Below are positions 9,099 to 20,800 of a DNA stretch of 64,000 nucleotides, one piece after another. Every line of letters starts with the position of its first letter. Positions within the stretch are counted from its first letter, which is position 1. The translations under genes were made by a program, and so were the position numbers. The stretch is from Treponemataceae bacterium (GTDB lineage: Bacteria; Spirochaetota; Spirochaetia; Treponematales; Rectinemataceae). The notes beneath the pieces are model-generated. The model was given only the letters and a program-made list of their open reading frames with translations. It made no database searches and had not been told where the DNA came from. The stretch is from the NCBI GenBank assembly GCA_963678065.2, contig CAXXVZ010000003.1:448001-512000 (forward strand). The letters are read 5' to 3'.

Positions 9099-9836
9099 TC
9101 AGTCCGTCACCGCTCCGGGAGCGGCTTCCTTGCAGGTCTCATCCTCTCCGCAGCGATAGTTCTCCGTTACGAGTCCGTCGCGGAGGCGGATGATGTGGTC
9201 GGCGACTGCGACGATCTTGGCGTCGTGAGTGGAGAAGATGAAGGTCGTTGCGAGTTCGCGGTTGATCTTCTTCATGAGTTCAATGATCTGCTCGCCCGTG
9301 GCCGAGTCGAGGTTGGCTGTCGGTTCGTCGGCGAGGACGATGACGGGCTTGGTCACGAGGGCTCGCGCGATCGCGACGCGCTGGCGCTGGCCTCCCGAAA
9401 GTTCATTCGGCTTGTGGGTTCTCCATTCCGAGAGTCCGACTTCGGCGATGAGCCAGTCGATCCACTCCTTCTTTTCAGCCTTGCTAGTATTGGTCTTCCC
9501 GAGGAGGAGAGGAAATTCGATATTTTCCCAGACATTGAGAACAGGGATGAGGTTGAAAGACTGGAAGATGAAGCCGAGCGTCTGGTGGCGCATCAGCGTC
9601 AGTTCCTTGTCTGAGAGGCCGGAGGTCTTTTTACCGCCGATCATGACATCGCCCGAAGTCGCCTTGTCTATGAGACCGATCATATTGAGGATGGTGGTCT
9701 TTCCGGATCCGGAGGGACCCGCGATCGAGACAAAGTCACCTTTCTCGATTGAGAACGACACGCCTTTGACAGCGTGGACTTCGACCTTTCCGAGAGGGTA
9801 CACTTTTTTGACGTCTTTCAGTTCTATGATGGGCAT
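9099..9836 (-). CDS. ABC transporter ATP-binding protein (LolD/MacB-like)
   Basis: Walker A GPSGSGKT, LSGGQRQRVAIARAL, LADEPTANLD, STHD. Confidence 0.96.
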   Translation of the reverse strand: MPIIELKDVKKVYPLGKVEVHAVKGVSFSIEKGDFVSIAGPSGSGKTTILNMIGLIDKATSGDVMIGGKKTSGLSDKELTLMRHQTLGFIFQSFNLIPVLNVWENIEFPLLLGKTNTSKAEKKEWIDWLIAEVGLSEWRTHKPNELSGGQRQRVAIARALVTKPVIVLADEPTANLDSATGEQIIELMKKINRELATTFIFSTHDAKIVAVADHIIRLRDGLVTENYRCGEDETCKEAAPGAVTD

Positions 9837-10152
9837 CGGTAATCCTCCGGGGCATCCCTTGGCAGAAGGAAATCAGTGCGGCCCCCAGAGGGCGCCTCGT
9901 TTCCCCGGTTCCGACTCCGTAGTCCGGTTCCGTATGGGATCCCACAATAATGTGAGAAGATATCGACCTGATGACACTTGTTTCAAGGATATTGATGGAT
10001 TATCAGTCCATTTTTTCATAATCGGAAGGAAAAACGGCCACTGTGTATCTTTTCATTGACCACTGCCTGCGGTATTTGGTAAGAGAGCCTGTACTGAAGG
10101 CGGCATTCCCCGGGACAGAGACTGTCCCGGGCTCACATACGGAGGCTTTTCC

Positions 10153-12105
10153 ATGAAGCATTCGGAGGCTATCCTCGCAACGCTCGTCGGCAAACTCGAG
10201 TTGAGCGCGCTGCCTGATTCCGTCAAGCCTCTCTTCCTCGCCCGACTCGGGGCAAGATTTTCGGCGATAGCTGAAGGTTTCCGCAAGCTCTACGGCGATC
10301 GTGCCGATTTCGAGCTTTGGATGGAGCGTCTCGGGGAAGCCCTTGTCGAAGCGCAGTCACAACGTCCTTCAGACCTCGCCGAGCTTGACTGCGAACGCGA
10401 GGCCGATCCTGCCTGGTTTTTGGACCAACGTTGGGTGGCCACCATGCTCTACGCGGACAGATTCGCCGGCGATCTTTGCGGGGTGGAGGGACGGATTCCC
10501 TACCTGAAAGATCTCGGCGTCAATTATGTCCACGTGATGCCCGTTCTGAAATCGCGCGAAGGCGAGAATGACGGCGGCTATGCCGTCAGCGACTACCGGG
10601 ATGTCGATCCCCGCTTCGGCACGCTCGGCGACCTGACCCGACTTGCGTCGACCCTGCGGCGGGAGAAGATGCTGCTCTGCCTCGATGTCGTCCTCAATCA
10701 CACGGCTGACAGCCACGAGTGGGCGAGGCGCGCGCTCGCCGGCGAGGAAGCGTATCAGAACTTCTATTATATGTACGCCGATAGAGCTGTTCCCGACGAA
10801 TTCGAGAAGACCTTGCCGGAGGTATTCCCCGAGCTCGCTCCGGGAAACTTTACCTGGAAGCCGGAAATTTCCCGGTGGATCATGACGGTCTTCAACCGCT
10901 ATCAGTGGGATCTCAACTACACCAATCCGGCCGTATTCGTCGAGATGCTGCGCATCATCCTCAATCTCGCGAATTTGGGCGTCGATGTACTCAGGCTGGA
11001 CGCCACTCCCTTCCTCTGGAAGCGCATCGGCACATCCTCCCAGAACGAGCCGGAGGCCCACCTCATCCTGCAGACGATGAAGGCCTGCTGCCGCGTCGTC
11101 GCCCCCGGCACCGTCTTCAAGTCCGAGGCGATCGTCCAGCCCGTCGAGATCATCCGCTATCTCGGCGACGCGCAGACGAAGGAATGCGACATCGCCTACA
11201 ACGCTTCCCTCATGGTCTACCTCTGGGACGCCCTCGCGACAAAGAATACGAGGCTCCTCGTCAGGGGACTGGAAAACATTCCACCTATTCCCTCAGGCAC
11301 GACCTGGATCACCTATGTCCGCTGCCACGACGACATCGGACTCGGCTTCTCCGATCTCGACGCCCAGTCCGTCGGATACACCCCGGCGCTGCACCGCCGC
11401 TTCCTCATCGACTACTACACGGGGAAATTCCCCGGTTCGCCCGCGGCGGGACACCCCTTCATGTACAATCCGAAGACGAAGGACGCGCGCATCTCCGGCA
11501 GCTGTGCGAGTCTCTGCGGCCTCGAGAAGGCCCGTGAAAGCGGGGATCCCCTCCTCGTCGAACTCGCGCTGAGGCGAATTCTCCTTCTCTACGGAGTGGT
11601 CTTCTCCTTCGGCGGTATTCCCCTCGTGTATTACGGGGATGAGCTCGCCCTGTGCAACGACCGTTCCTACGAGTCCGATCCCGCGCTGAAGGACGACAAC
11701 CGCTGGATGCACAGACCGGCAATAGACTGGAAGCTCCTCGGGCATCTTGCAAAGAGGAGTTCGGCGGAGTTCAGAATCCGGGAGGGAATCAGGCGCTTCG
11801 CGAGGATCCGGAAAGAATCCTCCGAATTCTCGGGCGGTTCTCCCTACCAGATGATGCGCAACGACAATCAGCACGTATTCAGCTTTCTCAGAGAGAATGA
11901 GGAAACGAAGACTCTCGTTCTGGCAAATTTCTCGGAAGAGGATCAATGGATCGATGCGGGCATCACTCTCCGGGCGGGCTTCACGGGACCTCTCGCGGAC
12001 AGACTGAGCGGCGTCGCGCCGGTTGTCAGGGACAATGCCATACGTATCCCGGCGCTGAGCTGCCTCTGGCTTTCCGATGCCGGCCGGACAGGGGTACCGG
12101 AGTAG
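10153..12105 (+). CDS. GH13 amylosucrase/sucrose hydrolase-like glycosidase
   Basis: NDGGYAVSDY; catalytic motifs RLDATPF, FKSEAIV, YVRCHDDIG; ARISGSCASL and DDNRWMHRP typical of GH13_4. Confidence 0.88.
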   Translation: MKHSEAILATLVGKLELSALPDSVKPLFLARLGARFSAIAEGFRKLYGDRADFELWMERLGEALVEAQSQRPSDLAELDCEREADPAWFLDQRWVATMLYADRFAGDLCGVEGRIPYLKDLGVNYVHVMPVLKSREGENDGGYAVSDYRDVDPRFGTLGDLTRLASTLRREKMLLCLDVVLNHTADSHEWARRALAGEEAYQNFYYMYADRAVPDEFEKTLPEVFPELAPGNFTWKPEISRWIMTVFNRYQWDLNYTNPAVFVEMLRIILNLANLGVDVLRLDATPFLWKRIGTSSQNEPEAHLILQTMKACCRVVAPGTVFKSEAIVQPVEIIRYLGDAQTKECDIAYNASLMVYLWDALATKNTRLLVRGLENIPPIPSGTTWITYVRCHDDIGLGFSDLDAQSVGYTPALHRRFLIDYYTGKFPGSPAAGHPFMYNPKTKDARISGSCASLCGLEKARESGDPLLVELALRRILLLYGVVFSFGGIPLVYYGDELALCNDRSYESDPALKDDNRWMHRPAIDWKLLGHLAKRSSAEFRIREGIRRFARIRKESSEFSGGSPYQMMRNDNQHVFSFLRENEETKTLVLANFSEEDQWIDAGITLRAGFTGPLADRLSGVAPVVRDNAIRIPALSCLWLSDAGRTGVPE

Positions 12106-12173
12106 CGACAGAGTTTGTCCCCTTGTGTCGATCCGGCCGGATGCGGCGGCGGGCCGCCGGGATTCTCTCTGGC

Positions 12174-13448
12174 TCAGAGCCCTTCGGTCTGAGTCTGCCC
12201 CCTCGGCCCGGCCTCGTGCGCCGCGATGATCTCGGTGACAAGCTCTGCGAGCCGCTTGATGCCTTCTTCGATCTGGGCGAGGCTGGAATATGAGAAGTTG
12301 ATCCTCATGGCATTGAACTCGGGATTGTCGAAGTAGAAGGCCGAACCCGTGACGTAGGCTACCTTCTTTTCGATGGCTTTGGGGAGAAGCTCGTCCGTGT
12401 TGATGTAGCGGGGCAGGGAAATCCAGAGGAAGAGCCCCCCTTCGGGTTTAGTCCATCTGAGGTCCCACCGCTTCGGCATGTATTTTTCCAGCATCTCCAC
12501 CATGTAGTTGCGCTTTTCCCGGTAGATCCTGCGGGTGTTGGCTATGACCGCATCGAGTCTTCCTGTAGCCATGTATTCTGCGAGCCATCTCTGAGCGAAG
12601 ACATTGGTGCAGAGGTCCATGGCCTGCTTCGCTATCACGAGTCTCGCGATGATGGGAGGACTCGCCATGATCCAGCCGATGCGGGTTCCCGGAGCGAGGA
12701 TTTTCGAGAAGGTCTTCAGGTTGATGACGTTTCCCTGGTTCGCTCCGTTCGTATCGAGTGAATAAATGGAGGGAATATGTTCGCCGAGGAAACGGATTTC
12801 GCGGTAGGGGGAATCCTCGACTATGAGAAGATTGTTCCTGCAGGCAAAATCGAGGATGGCCTTCCGCTTTTCGAGGCTCCAGCAGATTCCGGAGGGGTTC
12901 TGGAAATCGGGAATGAGATAGATGTATTTGATCCGCTTCCCGTCACGCGCGGCGCGCTCGTAGCGTTTTTCCAGCTCGGTCATGTCGAATCCGTCGTTCT
13001 CCGGGCTGAAGGGAATGCCGAGGACCTTCCCCCGGTATGACTGGATCGCCTGGATAGCCCCCACATAAGTCGGCCTTCCCGCGATCACATAGTCCCCCGG
13101 ATCGAGGAAGAGTTTGGGTATCATGTCGAGCGCCTGCTGGCTTGCGGAGACGATGAGGAGGTTGTCCGGCGCTATAGAGACTCCCTGGCGCGCTTCGAAC
13201 TTGATTATTTCGCGCTTCAGGTCGGGCTCTCCTTCGGTAGTGCCGTACTGGAGTGCCGCTGCCGCGTGTTTTTCAAAGACACGATCCGCGGCTTTTCTGA
13301 GATCCTCGACGGGGAAGGTCTCAGGCGCGGGAAGCCCTCCTGCAAACGAGATGATGTCCGGCTGCTGCGTCAGCTTGAGAAGTTCGCGGATGACTGATTT
13401 TTTCATATTGCGCGCATTCAGGGAATAGAGGGACTCTGGGTCGTACAT
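12174..13448 (-). CDS. PLP-dependent class I aminotransferase (LysN/2-aminoadipate transaminase-like, no HTH)
   Basis: ISFAGGLP, IPDFQNPSG, VEDSPY, TFSKILAPGTRIGW (PLP Lys), PEGGLFLW. Confidence 0.92.
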   Translation of the reverse strand: MYDPESLYSLNARNMKKSVIRELLKLTQQPDIISFAGGLPAPETFPVEDLRKAADRVFEKHAAAALQYGTTEGEPDLKREIIKFEARQGVSIAPDNLLIVSASQQALDMIPKLFLDPGDYVIAGRPTYVGAIQAIQSYRGKVLGIPFSPENDGFDMTELEKRYERAARDGKRIKYIYLIPDFQNPSGICWSLEKRKAILDFACRNNLLIVEDSPYREIRFLGEHIPSIYSLDTNGANQGNVINLKTFSKILAPGTRIGWIMASPPIIARLVIAKQAMDLCTNVFAQRWLAEYMATGRLDAVIANTRRIYREKRNYMVEMLEKYMPKRWDLRWTKPEGGLFLWISLPRYINTDELLPKAIEKKVAYVTGSAFYFDNPEFNAMRINFSYSSLAQIEEGIKRLAELVTEIIAAHEAGPRGQTQTEGL

Positions 13449-13521
13449 CGGTGACTCCTCATATCCATACCGGAGGGGCGTTTTGCCTGTCCGGGCTGTG
13501 GATTATCCATGGTTCTCTGGA

Positions 13522-13550
13522 ATTCTATACTCCGTCGATGCATCCGTAAA
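13522..13550 (-). promoter_or_regulatory. Putative promoter of the aminotransferase
   Basis: Minus strand TTTACG-17 nt-TAGAAT. Confidence 0.45.
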
Positions 13551-13712
13551 GTGGATAGAAGCTGAAAATGTCAAAAAATGATGCGGTGTTTTAAAAATTG
13601 AAATGGGCGCTGAGCATCGATGCCCGATCCGCCGATCCATCCACCACCCTGCCTTGCGCGAGACATCGTTTCACACTAGACTTAGTCAATAATTCCCTTC
13701 AACGAGGTTGCC

Positions 13713-14822
13713 ATGCCACTCAACTGCGGCATCGTCGGCTTGCCCAATGTCGGCAAGTCCACAATATTCTCAGCCCTCACAAGCGCCAGGGCCGAGGCTG
13801 CCAACTATCCCTTCTGCACCATCGACCCGAATGTCGGCATCGTTTCCGTTCCCGACGCCCGCCTTTTCCGGCTTTCCGACATGTTCAAGCCGAAGAAAAC
13901 CATCCCCGCCATCGTCGAGTTCGTCGACATAGCGGGACTCGTAAAGGGCGCATCCCAGGGCGAAGGGCTCGGGAACCAGTTCCTCTCCCACATCCGCGAG
14001 ACAGGCATGATCGCCCACGTCGTGCGCTGTTTCGACGATCCTGACATCATCCATGTCGCCAACAGGGTGAGCCCCGCCGACGATATCGAAGTCATCCATA
14101 CCGAGCTTGCGCTCGCCGACCTTGAGACTCTGGACAAGAGGGCGGACAAGCTGACCAAGCAACTCAAGGTCCAGGATCCGCTCCTCAAGAAAGAGACCGA
14201 GAAGGAGCTTGCAGCGCTCGCGAAAATCCGTCCCGCTCTCCAGGAAGGTAAGGCTGCCCGTTCCGCCGGACTCGAGGCCGACGAGATCGAGGCTGTTCGC
14301 AAATCCTTCCTTATAACCATGAAGCGCGAGATTTACGTGTGCAACACCGACGAGGCAGGCGCGACTTCGGGCAACGCCTACATCGATATAGTCCGCGCCA
14401 GAGCGGCCGCCGAGGGTTCCGAGGCTGTTGTCATCTGCGGGAAATTCGAGGCAGAACTCGCCGACCTCGGCAGTGAGGAGGAGAAGAAAGAGTTCCTCGA
14501 GGAGCTCGGGCTGGCGGAATCGGGGCTCTCCTCGCTCATCCACGCGGCCTATCGCCTTCTCGGCCTGCGCACCTTCTTCACGGCAGGAGCCGATGAATGC
14601 CGCGCCTGGACTATCAGGTCGGGCGATAAGGCCCCCGCCGCGGCCGGCGTCATACACACGGATTTTGAGCGCGGCTTCATCAAGGCCGAAGTTTACCACT
14701 ATGACGACCTCATGGCCCTTGGTTCGGAAGCGGCTGTCAAGGCGGCTGGAAAACTCAGGCAGGAAGGGCGGGAGTATATCGTCGAGGACGGCGATGTCAT
14801 GTTCTTCAAGTTCAACGTCTAG
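13713..14822 (+). CDS. ychF: Redox-regulated Obg-family ATPase YchF
   Basis: GIVGLPNVGKST, ANYPFCTIDPN, DIAGLVKGASQGEGLGNQFL, IHTDFERGFIKAEV; promoter-like TTGCGC-17-TAGACT at 13654-13682. Confidence 0.98.
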   Translation: MPLNCGIVGLPNVGKSTIFSALTSARAEAANYPFCTIDPNVGIVSVPDARLFRLSDMFKPKKTIPAIVEFVDIAGLVKGASQGEGLGNQFLSHIRETGMIAHVVRCFDDPDIIHVANRVSPADDIEVIHTELALADLETLDKRADKLTKQLKVQDPLLKKETEKELAALAKIRPALQEGKAARSAGLEADEIEAVRKSFLITMKREIYVCNTDEAGATSGNAYIDIVRARAAAEGSEAVVICGKFEAELADLGSEEEKKEFLEELGLAESGLSSLIHAAYRLLGLRTFFTAGADECRAWTIRSGDKAPAAAGVIHTDFERGFIKAEVYHYDDLMALGSEAAVKAAGKLRQEGREYIVEDGDVMFFKFNV

Positions 14823-14948
14823 TGCGGGCCGGCATTCAGCCATGTCACAGGCAGGCGGATGACACACAAAAAAAACGAACCGCTATACGGAATTTAAGCA
14901 TTATGCGCTTGTCGGAAACTCGATGCTTCGGTATGCTTTCAGGAAATC

Positions 14949-17795
14949 ATGAACAAGCTGATTATAAAAGGCGCGAGAGAGCACAATCTCAAGAACATCG
15001 ATCTCGAGCTTCCGAGGGATAAACTTATCGTCATTTCCGGCCTTTCCGGTTCGGGGAAGAGCTCGCTCGCCTTCGACACCCTCTTCGCTGAGGGACAGAG
15101 GCGCTATGTCGAGTCCCTGTCGGCGTACGCGCGGCAATTCCTGGGGCGGATGGACAAGCCCGATGTCGACTATATAGAAGGCCTCTCACCCGCCATCTCC
15201 ATTGAGCAGAAGACGACGCACCGGAATCCCCGCTCCACAGTGGGCACGGTCACTGAAATTTACGACTACTACAGACTTCTGTACGCGCGGATAGGTGTTC
15301 CCCATTGCCCCTCCTGCGGGCGGGTGATCAGAGAACAGAGCATCGACCAGATTCTGGATACGATCAATTCATGGCCGAAAGGCAGCAAGCTCCAGATTCT
15401 CGCCCCCGTGATCCGCGGACAGAAGGGCGAGCACCGGAAAATCCTCGAGGACGCGGGCAAGCAAGGCTTCTCGCGGGCCCGGATAGACGGTGAGATCCTC
15501 GAAGTCGACGGCGGCGTCAAGCTCGAAAAACAGAAGAAGCACACGATCGAGCTCATCGTAGACCGCATCAGACTCTCGGAGGATACGCGCAGGCGCCTCG
15601 CCGAGTCGGTGGAGACCGCCCTGCAGATAGCCGAGGGTTCGGTCATACTGGTCAGGGACAGGACCGGGGGAGGGGAGTCCGAAGAGTTCTTCAGCCAGAA
15701 AGGGGCCTGCCCCGAATGCAACATTTCGCTGCCCGAGATGGAACCCCGGCTTTTTTCCTTCAACGCCCCCCAGGGAGCCTGCCCCGCCTGCTCCGGTCTC
15801 GGGGTCAAACTCGAGTTCGATCCCGACCTCGTCATCCCTGACCGGAGTCTCTCCTTCAACGAGGGCGGCTGCATTCCCTACAACCCGGATGCCGCGTGGA
15901 ACAGGAGCCGCTTCGAGGCCCTCGCCAAACACTACAAGTTCAGCCTCGACACTCCTTTCGCCGAACTTCCGGACAAAGTCATGGGTGCGATCTTCCGCGG
16001 CTCCGACGAGGAAGTGAAGGTCCGATACGACAACAGGGAGGGCACAGGACACTTCGAGTACCAGTCCAGATTTCCCGGCATCCTCGCGGAACTCAAGCGG
16101 CGCTGGATGGAGACGACGAGCGACGGCATCAAGCAGTGGCTCGAGCGCTTCATGACCGAAAAGCCCTGCGAGGTTTGCGGGGGGAAGCGTCTCAAACCCG
16201 AGGCGCTCGCCGTCACAGTGGGAGATTCGGACATCCACACTCTCTCTGCGCTGTCGGTGGAAGAGACGCTGGCCTTCCTTTCGTCGATGAAACTCGGCGA
16301 GACGGACCGCCAGATCGCGAAACAGATCCTCAAGGAAATCACCGCGCGGCTCTCTTTCATGAAGAATGTCGGCCTCGACTACCTCAGCCTGGAACGGAAG
16401 GCGGCCACTCTCTCGGGCGGCGAAGCCCAGAGGATCCGCCTCGCGACACAGATAGGGAGCTCCCTCGTCGGAGTCCTCTACATCCTGGACGAGCCTTCCA
16501 TCGGGCTTCACCAGCGCGACAATCAGAGGCTGATCGACACGCTCCTGTACCTGCGGGACATAGGCAACACTCTTGTGGTTGTAGAGCACGATGAGCAGAC
16601 GCTCAGGACGGCCGACTACATCGTCGACCTCGGTCCGGGTGCCGGTGTCCACGGGGGCGAGGTCGTCGCCCAGGGCACTCCGGAGCAGGTCATGAAGAAC
16701 AAGAAAAGCCTCACCGGACAGTACCTCGCCGGAGATCTCGTCATCGAGGTTCCGGAAAAGCGGCGCCCCGGGAACGGTGGGTTCATCGGGATTCAAGGCT
16801 GCCGCGAACACAACCTCAAGGATATCGACATACGATTCCCTCTCGGGACTTTCACCTGCATCACGGGGGTCTCGGGCTCCGGCAAGAGCACTCTGCTCAC
16901 CGATCTTCTCTACCCGGTCATCTCCAATCGGGTAATGAAGACTTCCTGGCCCGAAGGCGAGTACAGACGCATCGAGGGATTGGAGAACATCGACAAGATC
17001 ATCAACATCGACCAGAGCCCCATCGGCCGCACGCCCCGATCCAACCCGGCCACCTATGTCGGGGTCTTCACCCACATCCGCGACCTCTTCTCGAACCTGC
17101 CCGAGTCGAAGGCGCGGGGCTGGAAGCCGGGCCGCTTCTCCTTCAATGTCAAGGGAGGGCGCTGCGAGAACTGCCAGGGCGACGGCACGATCAAGATCGA
17201 GATGAACTTCCTGCCGGACGTCTACATCACCTGCGACGTCTGCCACGGCAAGCGTTTCAATTCCGAGACCCTGGACGTGCGCTACAAGGGCAAGAACATC
17301 GCCGAAGTCCTCGACATGACCATCGAGGAGGCGGCCGCCTTTTTCGCGCACATACCACAGATCGCCAACAGGATGAACTCCCTGCTTTCGGTCGGACTCG
17401 GCTACGTCAAGGTCGGTCAATCGGCCCTCACCCTGTCGGGAGGCGAGGCTCAGCGCGTCAAGCTCGCGTTCGAACTGGCCAAGCGGAGTACGGGGAAAAC
17501 CCTCTACTTCATGGACGAGCCGACGACGGGACTCCACTTCGCCGACGTCAAGCAGCTGATGGAGGTCATCCAGAGGCTGGTGGAGGCGGGCAACTCTGTC
17601 GTCATGATAGAGCACAACCTCGACGTCATCAAACAGGCGGATTGGATCATCGACCTCGGTCCCGAAGGAGGCAACCGCGGCGGCAGTATCGTCGCACAGG
17701 GCACTCCCGAATACATCATCGGGGTCAAAGCCTCCCACACGGGACTCTACCTCAGGGATGTCCTCGTACCCGCGAAAGCCTTTCGCAGAAAATGA
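14949..17795 (+). CDS. uvrA: Excinuclease ABC subunit A
   Basis: [10 protein letters not shown], two ABC ATPase modules ([24 protein letters not shown] twice), CxxC zinc fingers; promoter-like TTGTCG-17-TATGCT at 14909-14937. Confidence 0.99.
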   Translation: MNKLIIKGAREHNLKNIDLELPRDKLIVISGLSGSGKSSLAFDTLFAEGQRRYVESLSAYARQFLGRMDKPDVDYIEGLSPAISIEQKTTHRNPRSTVGTVTEIYDYYRLLYARIGVPHCPSCGRVIREQSIDQILDTINSWPKGSKLQILAPVIRGQKGEHRKILEDAGKQGFSRARIDGEILEVDGGVKLEKQKKHTIELIVDRIRLSEDTRRRLAESVETALQIAEGSVILVRDRTGGGESEEFFSQKGACPECNISLPEMEPRLFSFNAPQGACPACSGLGVKLEFDPDLVIPDRSLSFNEGGCIPYNPDAAWNRSRFEALAKHYKFSLDTPFAELPDKVMGAIFRGSDEEVKVRYDNREGTGHFEYQSRFPGILAELKRRWMETTSDGIKQWLERFMTEKPCEVCGGKRLKPEALAVTVGDSDIHTLSALSVEETLAFLSSMKLGETDRQIAKQILKEITARLSFMKNVGLDYLSLERKAATLSGGEAQRIRLATQIGSSLVGVLYILDEPSIGLHQRDNQRLIDTLLYLRDIGNTLVVVEHDEQTLRTADYIVDLGPGAGVHGGEVVAQGTPEQVMKNKKSLTGQYLAGDLVIEVPEKRRPGNGGFIGIQGCREHNLKDIDIRFPLGTFTCITGVSGSGKSTLLTDLLYPVISNRVMKTSWPEGEYRRIEGLENIDKIINIDQSPIGRTPRSNPATYVGVFTHIRDLFSNLPESKARGWKPGRFSFNVKGGRCENCQGDGTIKIEMNFLPDVYITCDVCHGKRFNSETLDVRYKGKNIAEVLDMTIEEAAAFFAHIPQIANRMNSLLSVGLGYVKVGQSALTLSGGEAQRVKLAFELAKRSTGKTLYFMDEPTTGLHFADVKQLMEVIQRLVEAGNSVVMIEHNLDVIKQADWIIDLGPEGGNRGGSIVAQGTPEYIIGVKASHTGLYLRDVLVPAKAFRRK

Positions 17796-17858
17796 CCCTG
17801 ACTCCCAGAAGCCGCGGACATTGCTCCGCATAGCGCGGTCGGTGTATCATCCTGCCCG

Positions 17859-20800
17859 ATGCGCCGACCGCAGTTTTTAGCACTGATCTTTGCCGCCGCG
17901 ACGATACTCCGGACGGGCGCGCAGCTTTCGGGAAATTCGCCGCCAGACACGCAGAGCGTGCCTGGCGCTTCCACCGATGCGGGCACAGGGGCAGACACGG
18001 CTGTTTCGGAAACGGCGGCTTCGCAGGGAGCTGCGGCGTGGGCCGCTCTCTCGTCGCTTGAAAAAAAGGCCCTGCCTCTTGAAATAGCCGTCGCAAGTTA
18101 CTATGACCTCGTCGCCATGACGAAGAAGCTGGGCTTGCCGCAGACCGGCACGGCGGGACAGCTCCGCGAAAGGCTGTACGCCTGGTACGGCATACAAGCT
18201 CCTGTAAAGGAAGGCGGAAACCCCGTCGTCGTGATCGAGAAGGCCGACAAGGCCTCGCTCTTCAGAATCGAGGGAATGGATGGTCCTCTCGTCAAAATCA
18301 GCGGAGGAGTGAGACTCTCCGTCCAGGAATCCGATGGCACGACTCACCGGATTTCAGCGCGATCCATAACCTATGACAGGGACCGCAATGCGATCAGCGC
18401 TTCGGGTGGGGTCAGGTACGAGCGCGAAAGCGGCAGTTCCGTGGAGGTGTTCACCGGGTCCACGGTCGTCGCAGACCTCGACGATTGGACCGGCGTCTTC
18501 GTCGACGGCAGCTTTTCGATGCCCGGAAGTGCTTCCAGGAGCTCGACGGGAAGCAGCGCGACGACATCCTCGACCACTGCTTCGTCGACAGTGCAGAGCC
18601 TTCTCGGAACTTTCGGATCGTCTTCCTCCGGGCTCACTGTCGCCGCGGATCGCATCATCAAGCGGACGGGCGATGTGATTCTTGTCCAAAACGCCGAAAT
18701 GACCTCCTGCGACGATGAAGAGCCGCACTATGTCATCAGGGCGGGGAAAGCGTGGCTACTCGGCGCGGGTGACTGGGCAGTCGCCGACGCGTCCCTTTTC
18801 ATAGGTGGCCTGCCTGTCCTCTGGCTGCCCTTTTTCTACTACCCATCAGAGGAAATTGTCTTCCATCCTGTCATCGGTTCGAGGACCCGCGAGGGACGTT
18901 ACATCCAGACGACGACGTGGCTCATCGGGGAAAAATCCGTCTCCTCGTCGGCAGGGAGTTTCCTGTCCATCGGCCTGGACCAATCGAAGACGAGCCGATC
19001 GGTCGAAGGAGTCTTTTTCCGGACCCGGTCAGCCGATGTGGAACGGGGAGCGGGTTCAGCCTCCACGTCGGTTCCTTCCACGACCGCGAAGGCCGGCACC
19101 GGCCAGACCGCATCGAAAGCCGGAAAAACCTTCCTGAAGCTGTTGCTGGACGCGTATTCCAACCTCGGGATTTATTCCGGGCTGGAGGGCTCTTTCCCCG
19201 ACAGGACAGGGAAAAACAGTCTTTCATTCACCGCTGGCCTTGGTCTGAGCCGCTCGCTCTTCTATACCAGCAATGGGATGTATTCTCCCTTCTCTGCCGC
19301 CTCCGACTGGCAGTCGGTCTGGAATACGACTGACCTTGGGTTCGCCACATTGCCTTTCCGCTTCGGGGCCGAGCTGAAATCGACCTTCTTCCTTCCGATC
19401 GGCAAAACCGGACTTACTGGCACCGTTTCGCTTCCGGCTTTTTCGGATCCCTATTTCGAGCAGGATTTCAGGGGGAGAGCCGAAGACATGGAGTGGCTCA
19501 AGCTGTTTTCCTCGACAACGACGGATTCAGCGCGACCGTCAAAACGTAGCAGTCTTGTCCAGAAAATCGAATTGACAGGGGCGCTCTTATCGCAGTCGCC
19601 GGGGACGGGGCTCCTCTCGGGGATCGACCTGTCCAAACTCGGCATGTCCGCAACCTGGTACACGAAGACTGCGTCCTACAGCCCGGCACTGACGGGAACT
19701 GCGGCATCCTTGGAGGCGGTCAATCCGCAGAGGAGCTTCTTTTATCCCGATACACTGAGATTCTTTGATTTCAGCACGACTTTAAAGGGCAATCTCATCA
19801 CCTTCCCGGCTACCGCCGGCAGGTCAGGGAGTGCCGACACGGGTAGTTCATCCGATTTTCGGACTCCTTCCCAAGGAGACGGAAATGCGGCTTCATCCGG
19901 GCAGCCTAAGGATACGGAAAATCGAACATCGGCGGGCCCGGAGGCATCGACGGAAAACCCTACGGCGAAGAGTCCGGACGCGGAAACAAAGACGACCACT
20001 GAGTCCTCCGGCTCCGCGTCATCTCTCGACTTCAGAGTGCCCGGCCTCGCGGGCACGACGAAAACCTCTATCTCGGCATCCTCCTCCGGGAAACCTTTCA
20101 GTTTCAGCGCGGACTGGAATTTCACACCGACAGCTTTCTTCGAGGACCGTTTCCTTTCGGATTCGTGGGGGAATGTTTCCGACATCGACTACAGTCTCTA
20201 CTACAGCCTCCTCTCTCTCTCGATGACAGGTGGCGTCGATGCGAAGGCCGGTCTGTTCGATGACCTTGCCACGGTGACGGCCGGAATCGGAGTTCTGGGA
20301 CAGTACCGGCTCCGGCCGTATTTCAACGACACACGGTCTGACACCTCGACGATCAATTCTTTGATCCTTTCCGATTATCAGTATCAGCTGATGAAGATTA
20401 CCAGCAATTTCAAGACTTCCCTCATGCCCCTCAAAGACAACTGGCTCTGGGGACTTTCGTCGATCGCCTACAGCATCTCCTCCAATCTGTATGCCTACAC
20501 ATACTCAGGGATGTCGGATTCCGGGCTGACAGGGACAGCTCTCTATGATTCTACCTTCGCCTCCTGGGACAGAGACAGCATAACGGCCCACAACGCGTCG
20601 GTGACCTTTGCAATCCGCCCTGCCGGATTGACCCAACAGCTCAGTCTGACCGCCAATCTTCCGCCTCTCGATGAGACCTACACGCTCAAACTCGATCTGG
20701 ATGCGGGTTTAGCGAAGTTCAATCTCCAGGGACAGGCGACAAAAGTCCAGCCCGCGACAGTCTACTCCCTCAACCCCCTGACTGCGGGGATCACTCTCGG

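Noticed and set aside
9850..9945. GGAACCGGGGAAAC...TGGGG resembling a c-di-AMP (ydaO) riboswitch upstream of the ABC ATPase
   Set aside because: The conserved 3' CCCGAACCCGTCAGCTAAC element is absent; an Infernal scan would settle it
15369..17831. 820-aa ORF antisense to uvrA; likewise 6385-8457, 2591-3871, 13770-14867 and 62060-63217
   Set aside because: Shadow ORFs opposite well-supported genes, expected from GC-rich codon bias; no motifs or RBS
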